From UHGV virus genome UHGV-0210088: a stretch of 41,418 nt of DNA; one strand, 5' to 3'. Of this stretch, positions 8,150-15,274 are shown in pieces (positions within the stretch are counted from its first letter, which is position 1; each line of letters begins with the position of its first letter). This DNA is from a virus. A program made the translations under genes and the position numbers. The notes below the pieces were generated by a model, which saw nothing but the letters and a program-made list of their open reading frames with translations, did no database searches and was not told the origin of the DNA.

Positions 8150-11100
8150 ATGGCCTTTAACCCGGAGCTGGGGAGCACGTCTCCCGCTGTGCTGCTTGAT
8201 AACGCTGAGCGTCTGGATAAGCTGGTCAATGGGTCTGCGCTGACTGAGCCGGATCGCGCTGGCGATGATCTGGATACCTGGCGTGGAATGATGGCGAAGA
8301 ATGAAGCCCTTACAGAGGAGACACGACAGAATCTGATTCCTCTCAGCCGCCAGTATGCGACGCTGGCTGCGGCGCAGGCGGATATCGCGAATATCCCCGA
8401 TGGCTCCGCAACCTACGTGCGAAGTGCAGACGGGAGTTCGCTGGCGGATGAGTACATCAACAACGCCGGCACGCTGGAGGCTACCGGGCGGAAAATGCCA
8501 TCTCAGGAAGCTGTTGGCGACGCAGAAACAAAACCTCAATTTCTGTCGAGGGAGTTGCGCTCTTCAGAAACGTTTCTCTCGTCTGTGATGAGGACCAGTA
8601 ACTGGACGAATGCCACTACGAGTTCGTGGGCGGCAGGATCTACATCTGATGGTCGAGTTTTTAATTTTATCGAGATGTGGGTTGATGGAATTAACAACAT
8701 TGAAAGCCTGAAAATCAGTATTTATTCTCGCTCGGCTGATGGTTCAACGGTCTTTCCTGGTGCTGCCACCGACAAGCTATTGAGTTCTAAAACAATCGAT
8801 ATGAGCGACATTGCCTTAAAGGCATCTATTGCGACTGGATATCAACTTATCCGTCTTGTTTTCGATGATACAGCGGTACCAGTCGGCAACACCGCACTTT
8901 TCGTGATTCAGCCGTTTGATGCAAACGGCAATCCTGTTTATATGGGGTGTGGACGTCAGGATATTGCTGATAGCGAGATTGCTGCGCTATCAAACTCCCT
9001 TGGCGGTTTCTGGATGCCAGTTGACCAGTCTGAGTGGCGTCGCATTACTATTCCAGAAACATCGCTATATCGCATCGCTTTTAATGTTGGGTATGAAAGT
9101 CCGGTAAATTATGGTTCATTTAATGGTGAGTCTGTTTCCGTAGCCAGTGTTCCGCCCAATTCTCCTGACTGGGCTATTACGGGGAGCGCGAATCGTCAGT
9201 TTTATGGATGGGTGTTGAGCTTTCCTGATAAAACAGGATTTAACAACATCACGCTTCGCCACAGCAATCTGACGCATGTTAATCAGATTTATTATCGCGC
9301 AGTTTTACGTAAAAACTCTGATGTAGCATCAACATCCATGCCCGGTACGCTGGCTGGTGATATTCAGGTTTACGCAGGCCGCGTTCACCCCGATGCGCCT
9401 GATGACGGGTTCTATGGCGTTAATTATTCCATCCCCAACCTGAATATCCCGGCTGGATATTTCGTTATGCTGGTTGTCTATCCGCGCACAGAAGCTGGTG
9501 AAACAGCCGATATGGGGACGCAGGCGCATGAGTATTCTACCGCTGGCGAAACCGCGCCATCAGGTTTTGCACTGGGCGCATTTATCAACCGGGTGACAAA
9601 TACATGGCAGATGATTACCGGCACAAAAGGGGTTGCGTACTGGCTGAATAATGTATCTTTCGTGGGCGTTGTTGAACAGGCTTCGGTAAATGAAGTCACC
9701 CTGTCGGATACCATGGCAAAACTGAACGCGTTACAGCAACAGGTGAACGATGAGGGCGCACAGTCTGTAATTCGTGAATCATCCAGCAATAAATGGGGCT
9801 ATGCAACCCAACCCCTGGCCGGTACTTTTTTCCGCTGGGCGGTACCCATTCCCCATGAAATGGATACGCTCAATGAAATCGAGCTATGGCTGGACGGTCT
9901 GGCATTAAATGATTACCTGCGCATTAAGGTCTTTGCTCGCGCGATTGACATGACCGGAAGTGAAACACCTCCCGGAGAGCTGGAGGGGGATGCGGAAATC
10001 TATAGTGAAGATATCCCTGTCTACCTTAAATCTACAGGTACAGCAATGACCAGGATTCCATTCCGCCTTGATGTTGCGATGCCGGAAGGTGCGTTCCCTC
10101 TCATTTCTGTTGAGGCTTTTCTCCCGGAAAATGGTTCGTCTGAGGTTATCGGTTATCTGGGGGCCGGTGCAGCGCTCTATTCTTCCGCAACATTACCCGT
10201 TCTCGCTCAGCGCGGCTGGTATAGTCGACGGGGAATTAATGACGGAGCATGGACAACCATTGGTGACGGGCAAACAGCAGCGGTTGCTTACTCTGTTACT
10301 TATAAAAAGCAGGAAGATATTCCCGGGAAAATAGCCGATATTGACGGGAGGCTTACAGCCGTTGAGTCGGCAGTGCATCCATTAATTACTCGCTACCTTC
10401 CAGTTGTTAGTGTCCTGGGGCGAGCGCTCGACTTTTCCGGATCGGCGGTCGTAGCCAACGGAGTGAGTCAGCCTGTAACAGGATCGCTGACGCTGGATGC
10501 GACAAGCTCTGGTTCTGCGACTGTTGAGGGTTATAGCCTGAGGCAAACCGCCGCCACTTCGCAGTGGCCGTCAAATGTGAATGCGTGGCTGGGTTATAAG
10601 CGCATCAGTAATGTTGTCGTAACGGATGCCAGTACCGGTACCCCTTTGGTTGAAGGGACCGACTATAACATTGACAGCTATGGCGGGAAGTTGCGCGGCC
10701 TGACTGCCACGACTCGCGCCGTGAACGTCACCTTCAGTTACGTTAATGAACGGTATGACCTTGTGTACATCGACCCTGTTACGCTTGCTGTGGGAATAAC
10801 CAAAGGGACGGACAGGATTTTTGATGTGCAGGAATACCGCCCGGCTGTGCCATCAGGAAAAGTTGCGCTTTACTATGCATTAGTCGCGGGTAGCAGCGTT
10901 GAACTGGAGCCGGTATATCGCTGGCCCGAGGCCGGATGTGACATGCTGGGGGCGGGGGATGCTGATTTTCTACGACAGCATAATCGCCGTTGCCTGCAAA
11001 AGACTCTGGCGCGACTCAACCAGGGTAAAAATATTACGCTGGTCGGTTATGGTGATTCGATTACAGCCGTGTCGAATATCGCTAGTCCGGAAACCGTGGC

Positions 11101-11731
11101 AAACGGCAGCACCCGTGATTTGCAGCGCATCCTGCAGGGTTATGCAACTGATACACTGACAAACTTATATCCCGCTCAGGACTGGGGAGACGGAGGTGGC
11201 GCGGTACATGTGAAGATTGGATGGAACTGGCGACTGAAGGAATGGATGGAGGAAACCTACGGCGTCACCGTTGATTATCTTAACTTCGGCGTGTCGGGTA
11301 CCAATTCAACCAGCGGTGTGGGAAATACCCGCATGAATGCAGTCATCGCGACAGCGCCACACGTTACCGTTGTCTGTTTTGGTATGAATGATAATGCAGG
11401 GAATGTTCTGTATGGCAACCTCCGCAACATCATCAAAAAACTCAAGGCAGCAGGCTCTGAGGTCGTGATAATGCCCGTGCCGCGCACCCCTTCACACGAT
11501 GATGGTCGCTATACGCTGGAACAGTGGCGATACATTAACGGGCAGGTATACCGGGCTGCCATGGATGAGGTCGCTGCGTATGTGCCGACAGACTGGTTAA
11601 CGGATGAAAACAGCCGTGGTGGGATGGGTATTGTTCCAACCTCACTTTGTGGCTCTGACCTTCGAAACCACCCTGGAGGCTATGAGTTCAGTATTTACGG
11701 TAAGGCGTTGGTGAATGCTTTCTGTTTTTAA
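8150..11731 (+). CDS. Side tail fibre / tailspike with a C-terminal SGNH (GDSL) hydrolase domain
   Basis: 1193 aa. Fibre-type N-terminus (MAFNPELGSTSPAVLLDNAERLDKLVNG). The C-terminal ~230 aa carry SGNH blocks: GDS at LVGYGDSIT (~nt 11042), GxND at CFGMNDNAGN, and DxxH at SDLRNHPGG (~nt 11655). Confidence 0.75.
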   Translation: MAFNPELGSTSPAVLLDNAERLDKLVNGSALTEPDRAGDDLDTWRGMMAKNEALTEETRQNLIPLSRQYATLAAAQADIANIPDGSATYVRSADGSSLADEYINNAGTLEATGRKMPSQEAVGDAETKPQFLSRELRSSETFLSSVMRTSNWTNATTSSWAAGSTSDGRVFNFIEMWVDGINNIESLKISIYSRSADGSTVFPGAATDKLLSSKTIDMSDIALKASIATGYQLIRLVFDDTAVPVGNTALFVIQPFDANGNPVYMGCGRQDIADSEIAALSNSLGGFWMPVDQSEWRRITIPETSLYRIAFNVGYESPVNYGSFNGESVSVASVPPNSPDWAITGSANRQFYGWVLSFPDKTGFNNITLRHSNLTHVNQIYYRAVLRKNSDVASTSMPGTLAGDIQVYAGRVHPDAPDDGFYGVNYSIPNLNIPAGYFVMLVVYPRTEAGETADMGTQAHEYSTAGETAPSGFALGAFINRVTNTWQMITGTKGVAYWLNNVSFVGVVEQASVNEVTLSDTMAKLNALQQQVNDEGAQSVIRESSSNKWGYATQPLAGTFFRWAVPIPHEMDTLNEIELWLDGLALNDYLRIKVFARAIDMTGSETPPGELEGDAEIYSEDIPVYLKSTGTAMTRIPFRLDVAMPEGAFPLISVEAFLPENGSSEVIGYLGAGAALYSSATLPVLAQRGWYSRRGINDGAWTTIGDGQTAAVAYSVTYKKQEDIPGKIADIDGRLTAVESAVHPLITRYLPVVSVLGRALDFSGSAVVANGVSQPVTGSLTLDATSSGSATVEGYSLRQTAATSQWPSNVNAWLGYKRISNVVVTDASTGTPLVEGTDYNIDSYGGKLRGLTATTRAVNVTFSYVNERYDLVYIDPVTLAVGITKGTDRIFDVQEYRPAVPSGKVALYYALVAGSSVELEPVYRWPEAGCDMLGAGDADFLRQHNRRCLQKTLARLNQGKNITLVGYGDSITAVSNIASPETVANGSTRDLQRILQGYATDTLTNLYPAQDWGDGGGAVHVKIGWNWRLKEWMEETYGVTVDYLNFGVSGTNSTSGVGNTRMNAVIATAPHVTVVCFGMNDNAGNVLYGNLRNIIKKLKAAGSEVVIMPVPRTPSHDDGRYTLEQWRYINGQVYRAAMDEVAAYVPTDWLTDENSRGGMGIVPTSLCGSDLRNHPGGYEFSIYGKALVNAFCF

Positions 11732-11742
11732 CGACTGTACAG

Positions 11743-11841
11743 ATGGCTGCGTGGAACAGAGTGCTGACTGATGACGAGATTGCCGCTCAGTACAACCAAA
11801 TAAGGAATCACTGCCTGAATGTGCACGGCATCGCCGTTTGA
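11743..11841 (+). pseudogene. Orphan C-terminal fragment of a LamG/concanavalin-like domain, probably the displaced 3' end of an older fibre gene
   Basis: 32-codon ORF MAAWNRVLTDDEIAAQYNQIRNHCLNVHGIAV, just after the fibre stop and in a different frame. WNRxLxxxEIxxxY is the typical terminal signature of Laminin_G_3-type domains. Confidence 0.3.
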
Positions 11842-11876
11842 TATCAGAGATTGATGCCGATCGCGATAAATGCAAT

Positions 11877-11910
11877 TAAAAAAGCGCGATAAATGTCGCG
11901 CTTTATATTT
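11877..11910. terminator. Palindromic, bidirectional-type terminator at the end of the late operon
   Basis: AAAGCGCGA-taaatg-TCGCGCTTT flanked by A-run and T-run. Confidence 0.5.
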
Positions 11911-12077
11911 TCATTACGCGCGCAGGGCTGGCAGCAGCGGGAGAGCAGGGATGCATAGGCGGCTGTCGCCGGGTTATGACTCCGGAGGTTGTCGAACGCT
12001 GTCACCGGATGCTGGAGAACGGCGCTACCCGGCAGCAGGTAGCCGATGTGACAGGTGTAGACGTGAAAACAATCTAA
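11900..12077 (+). pseudogene. Remnant of a Hin/Gin/Pin-family serine DNA invertase (C-terminal DNA-binding domain only, frameshifted)
   Basis: The 11976..12077 ORF encodes MTPEVVERCHRMLENGATRQQVADVTGVDVKTI, matching the invertase C-terminal HTH (compare Hin ...EQISRLLEKGHPRQQLAIIFGIGVSTLYRYFP). The upstream frame gives ...SSGRAGMHRRLSPG, resembling the GRxGGRPPKLxP linker. There is no catalytic N-terminal domain. Confidence 0.5.
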
Positions 12078-12175
12078 AAGTACCTCCCGGCGACTTGAGG
12101 ACAAAGATTTCACTACTTTTCCTGATATGTTACGTTTGGCTTAATCAATTCATTCAGCTTTGAAAACAGTTTGGT

Positions 12176-12598
12176 TTGTTCGTGAACGGTAAGAAAACAA
12201 TAAGTTTTGAGCAATTTTTAACTATTAACAGCAATCTTGTTTCCATCTCAGATACATGGGCTGACTTGTGGGCGTTAATTTTTCACACGGGTTTAAGCGC
12301 TGGAAGGCTGCTGAGTATTCGATATGATGATATTGATGGTGACTTGATACTGATACGAAAACAGGGTCACCCGAAGGAGCTACGTGTTAAATCAACCCCT
12401 CCAGTGGAGGCGATGATTGCTCGTAGAAGAGAACGCTATCCAGAAGATGTTTATTTATTTCAGAGTCATTCTAACCGTGTGAAGTACCATCGCCGGCCGG
12501 TCACTATAATTGCTTTCAACGCCGCTTTACGTCGCGCCGCTAGATCATTACCAGACGTTAACGTAAGCAGTAGTAGCGCGAGAAACATACCGGACTAA
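12176..12598 (+). pseudogene. Decayed fragment of a tyrosine recombinase/integrase catalytic domain
   Basis: 140-aa ORF with LIFHTGLSAGRLLSIRYDDIDGD (box I-like, Arg replaced by Ser), ...DVYLFQSH...AFNAALRRAARSLP..VSSSSARNI (box II-like, degenerate). It lacks the arm/core-binding N-terminus and the catalytic Tyr. Confidence 0.35.
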
Positions 12599-12618
12599 CC
12601 GCCTGTCCAGTCGCGTGT

Positions 12619-12690
12619 GGCCGATGTGACAGGCGTGGGGGTGAAGACTATTTACAAATATTTGCCAGTACAATACGGCGATAAAAAATC
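12619..12690 (+). repeat. Second diverged copy of the invertase 3' end (encodes VADVTGVGVKTIYKYLPVQYGDKKSP*)
   Basis: gtggccgatgtgacaggcgtgggggtgaagactatttacaaatatttgcc... is about 80% identical to 12040-12077. It is followed by the hairpin CCCCTTGA-N10-TCAAGGGG. Confidence 0.5.
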
Positions 12691-12827
12691 CCCTTGAACA
12701 GGCACACTCAAGGGGAAAATACTACATAACATCATTGCTGTGTGCGTCTTCGCACACCCCTATCTTCTAAGAAGGCGCCCAAAGCTTCCAGATATTTCTG
12801 GTCTGAGCAGTTAAAACATTGGGTCGG

Positions 12828-12882
12828 TAGCCGATGTGATAGGGGGGGTGAAGACTATTTATAAATATTTCCCTGCCGGTTA
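12828..12882 (+). repeat. Third diverged copy of the invertase 3' end (encodes SVADVIGGVKTIYKYFPAG*)
   Basis: ggtagccgatgtgatagggggggtgaagactatttataaatatttccctgccggttaa. Same orientation as the other two copies. Confidence 0.5.
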
Positions 12883-13248
12883 AGTTTGCTCACCTGCGAA
12901 CTGTATGCCAGAGCCCTCAGATGAGCAATTTGCTATAACTTCAGAGCCTTGATTATACGCCCCCAGAAATCCCGTGGAGCAGCTTTCATAACGCTGAAGC
13001 TGCTCCATTTCCGATGTCGCAAGGTACTTGTATCTATATACATCAATGAGTAATGGGATATCGCAAGTACTTTTAGCATTCTCTGGCAAGTTAAGTAGAA
13101 CAATATGAACTATCATCTGTCTACATTGATGAACTAAAGCTCGATGCAAAAATTAACAGAAATCAGTTGATTTTTCATCTGCGGCTTGTTATCTTGTACT
13201 CAGAGTCGAGTTGTACCTGACTCTCACGCACATTAGAGAGGCAAAAAT

Positions 13249-13608
13249 ATGTTAACGCCGTTTGGTAAGAAAGTAAGGAAATTACGTATAGACGTCGGTG
13301 TCACGCTGAAAAGCATGGCTGATGCTATGGGCGTGACCTCGTCTTACCTCTCAGCAATTGAAACAGGAAAGCGGGCTGTAACCGATCCTGTATTGAAAAG
13401 TATCATTAGCTATTTCACTAATGAAGGCGTTCATGCAGGAGATGAGTTAACAAAAGCGGCGCGTGATTCTCAACAATCTGTTGAGATTAATCTATCGGGT
13501 AAGAATCAAAATGCTCGTGAAGTAGCGATGGCATTTGCACGTAATTTCGATGAATTAAGTGATGATGAGTTTAAACGTCTACGTGAATTGTTAACTAAAA
13601 AACAATAA
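13249..13608 (+). CDS. XRE-family HTH transcriptional regulator
   Basis: 119 aa with a classic HTH_3 (VRKLRIDVGVTLKSMADAMGVTSSYLSAIETGKR). Upstream region contains an imperfect inverted repeat and TTGTAC direct repeats (13170-13235). Confidence 0.8.
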   Translation: MLTPFGKKVRKLRIDVGVTLKSMADAMGVTSSYLSAIETGKRAVTDPVLKSIISYFTNEGVHAGDELTKAARDSQQSVEINLSGKNQNAREVAMAFARNFDELSDDEFKRLRELLTKKQ

Positions 13609-13622
13609 GTAGGAGGCTCTGT

Positions 13623-14150
13623 TTGAGCGGACAAGATTATCGAGTACCACCTTTAAGCCGCAACGCGGTGCGTGGTTTAACAAGCAAATTACGCTCGATG
13701 CTGAAAATACATGATTTGTATTTTCCCGTAATTGAAATGCTGGAGTTCGCACTACCGCAGATCTTACCTAACTTTTCGTTTGAAACAGCTTCTGAAAAGG
13801 AGATGGGGGGGACACATGGGTTAACTATGCCTCAGGACTCGCTGATCATCCTTCGTGAAGATGTTTATGAGGGAGCTCATGAAGGAAACGGGCGTGATCG
13901 TATGACGGTTGCTCATGAGATTGGACATCTACTAATGCATAAAAATATTGCTTTTGCTCGAGCTGAGCCAGGAGTGGAAATTCGAGCTTTTGAAAGCAGC
14001 GAGTGGCAGGCAAAGTGCTTTAGTGGAGAGTTGCTCGTCCCCTACAGCCATGCAGCTCTACTAAGAGGCATGTCTGTAGAAGAAATAGCTGAAGCGTGTG
14101 GGGTTTCTGCACACGCAGCAGATTATCAAAAACAGTTATTAAAAAAGTAA
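13623..14150 (+). CDS. ImmA/IrrE-family zinc metallopeptidase (DUF955-like)
   Basis: 175 aa with HEIGH in AHEIGHLLMH. TTG start 6 nt after an AGGAGG RBS. It is immediately downstream of the XRE gene, the classic HTH-ImmA pairing. Confidence 0.75.
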   Translation: MSGQDYRVPPLSRNAVRGLTSKLRSMLKIHDLYFPVIEMLEFALPQILPNFSFETASEKEMGGTHGLTMPQDSLIILREDVYEGAHEGNGRDRMTVAHEIGHLLMHKNIAFARAEPGVEIRAFESSEWQAKCFSGELLVPYSHAALLRGMSVEEIAEACGVSAHAADYQKQLLKK

Positions 14151-14182
14151 AACCCTGACGGCGCCAACCATCAGGGTTTTAC
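14151..14182 (+). terminator. Hairpin / weak terminator after the ImmA gene
   Basis: AACCCTGA-N12-TCAGGGTT followed by TTAC. Confidence 0.4.
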
Positions 14183-14298
14183 TAGGCGATGATACCAAGA
14201 GGCATCGCACCGTGAACTTCTCTATAAGCAACCCGAACATAACACTTCGGGAGAGTAGGTTCAAGGAAAAATCTCTCTCGGTAAGGAGGTGTTTATGG

Positions 14299-14448
14299 AT
14301 GGGTTTAAAGTCAGTTGTTTCAAAAGCGGCTCCGAAGGGATTCCGCTGGGTCTTCTGTCGCTACCGTAAGGTTCGCGGGAAGTCCGCAAAAGTCCTTGAT
14401 GCGCATGATTATGGCTACGAGGCTTGGGCTTTCTTGGTTCGTTGCTAA
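14299..14448 (+). CDS. Small basic protein (49 aa), hypothetical
   Basis: AAGGAGG RBS at 14283-89. MGLKSVVSKAAPKGFRWVFCRYRKVRGKSAKVLDAHDYGYEAWAFLVRC. The stop lies 15 nt before a strong terminator. An alternative 24-codon ORF starts at 14295 in another frame. Confidence 0.3.
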   Translation: MGLKSVVSKAAPKGFRWVFCRYRKVRGKSAKVLDAHDYGYEAWAFLVRC

Positions 14449-14460
14449 GAAAGTATATTA

Positions 14461-14490
14461 AAAAGGCACCTAATAGGTGCCTTTTTTTAT
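14461..14490 (+). terminator. Strong rho-independent terminator
   Basis: GGCACC-taata-GGTGCC followed by TTTTTTT. Confidence 0.7.
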
Positions 14491-14662
14491 GCGGTTACTA
14501 CTTCACCATGAGGAAAGGAGGTCCAATCGTCAGCAGGAGTGTGATGAGGGGAAAGGTGAAGACAGCCTACAAGTACCTGCTAGGTTCCGAAGAATCATTA
14601 TGTTGCGTCGGTGCGTCTGATCGATAGCTTGAACCTGTATTGATCAGATCTCTCAATGAATC

Positions 14663-14682
14663 TACTGTATATAAAAACAGTG
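14663..14682. promoter_or_regulatory. LexA (SOS) box overlapping the promoter of the following two-gene operon
   Basis: TACTGTATATAAAAACAGTG, i.e. CTGT-N8-ACAG with 17/20 matches to the E. coli consensus TACTGTATATATATACAGTA. Located 20-40 nt upstream of the 14701 start. A possible -35 TTGATC lies 17 nt before TACTGT. Confidence 0.7.
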
Positions 14683-14700
14683 TTTTCAGGAGGTGAAGTT

Positions 14701-14940
14701 ATGCCGCGAAACTCAGATATCGAAACAGCCTGGCGTCAGGCAATTGTCAGTGAGCCTAATGGCCGCCGCACCGTGACAACTTCCGGTTTTATCCAGGAAC
14801 TCGCAAAAGTTAACTGGCACTGGTCGCCACGCCAGGCTAACCAGTGGATAGAGCACTATGTGACGACATTCCGGGATGTCTCAACGCAGGAAGGCGATGA
14901 GCGCACGTTCCAGTTATACAACCCGAACGGAGGGCTATAA
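14701..14940 (+). CDS. 79-aa protein, first gene of the LexA-box operon (possible DNA-binding/N-terminal module)
   Basis: AGGAGG RBS 7 nt upstream. MPRNSDIETAWRQAIVSEPNGRRTVTTSGFIQELAKVNWHWSPRQANQWIEHYVTTFRDVS... Confidence 0.45.
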   Translation: MPRNSDIETAWRQAIVSEPNGRRTVTTSGFIQELAKVNWHWSPRQANQWIEHYVTTFRDVSTQEGDERTFQLYNPNGGL

Positions 14941-14941
14941 C

Positions 14942-15268
14942 GTGGGATTTCCGTCGCCAGCAGCAGACTATGTAGAAGTACGACTGACCGTCGATAAACT
15001 CTGCGGTACCGGCCCAAATACTAGGCTCGTTCAGACAGAAACTGGTTACACCGTAGTCGATGTTTCCGGTAAACCAAAGCAAGGAGATACCGTTTTAATT
15101 CAATACGGCGGCGGCACTGATTTTGCAAAAATTATGGGCCGGGCATTTATTACACGAGACGGTGAAGCGCTGGAAGGTGAGGCCCTGGATGATGTTACAG
15201 TTGTCGGGGTGGTGACATTCGTCATCAATCGAGCTTGGCCTACTGATGACGAATGTCCTGTCATATAA
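14942..15268 (+). CDS. UmuD/LexA-type S24 peptidase-fold protein, standalone C-terminal domain with a non-canonical active-site region
   Basis: GTG start 7 nt after GGAGGG, 1 nt after the previous stop. GFPSPAADYVEVRL... aligns to UmuD GFPSPAADYVEQRIDLN. Where UmuD has ASGDSM this protein has ETGYTV, so the Ser nucleophile is not conserved in my alignment. Confidence 0.5.
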   Translation: MGFPSPAADYVEVRLTVDKLCGTGPNTRLVQTETGYTVVDVSGKPKQGDTVLIQYGGGTDFAKIMGRAFITRDGEALEGEALDDVTVVGVVTFVINRAWPTDDECPVI

Positions 15269-15274
15269 AGTCAA

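Noticed and set aside
11844-12163. Overlapping 89-aa minus-strand and 97-aa plus-strand ORFs from the track
   Set aside because: They span the palindromic terminator and the frameshifted invertase remnant. The + frame is simply the upstream half of the invertase pseudogene. They are not independent genes.
12153-12188. Possible gix/hix-like invertase crossover site (AGCTTTGAAAACAGTTTGGTTTGTTCG) next to the invertase remnant
   Set aside because: Only the left half-site (TTTGAAAAC) resembles hixL/gixL. The right half is displaced by 2 nt, so the 26-bp geometry is not kept. No inverted partner site and no intact invertase exist.
12880-13149. 89-aa minus-strand ORF
   Set aside because: No RBS, and it crosses the third invertase-end repeat and a 10-bp-stem hairpin (GGAGCAGCTT...AAGCTGCTCC at about 12995-13025). 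It looks like noncoding spacer.
14424-14627. 67-aa ORF
   Set aside because: It starts inside the strong terminator 14461-14490 and runs through the promoter/LexA-box region of the next operon. Only a ~27-codon purine-rich internal ORF has an RBS.
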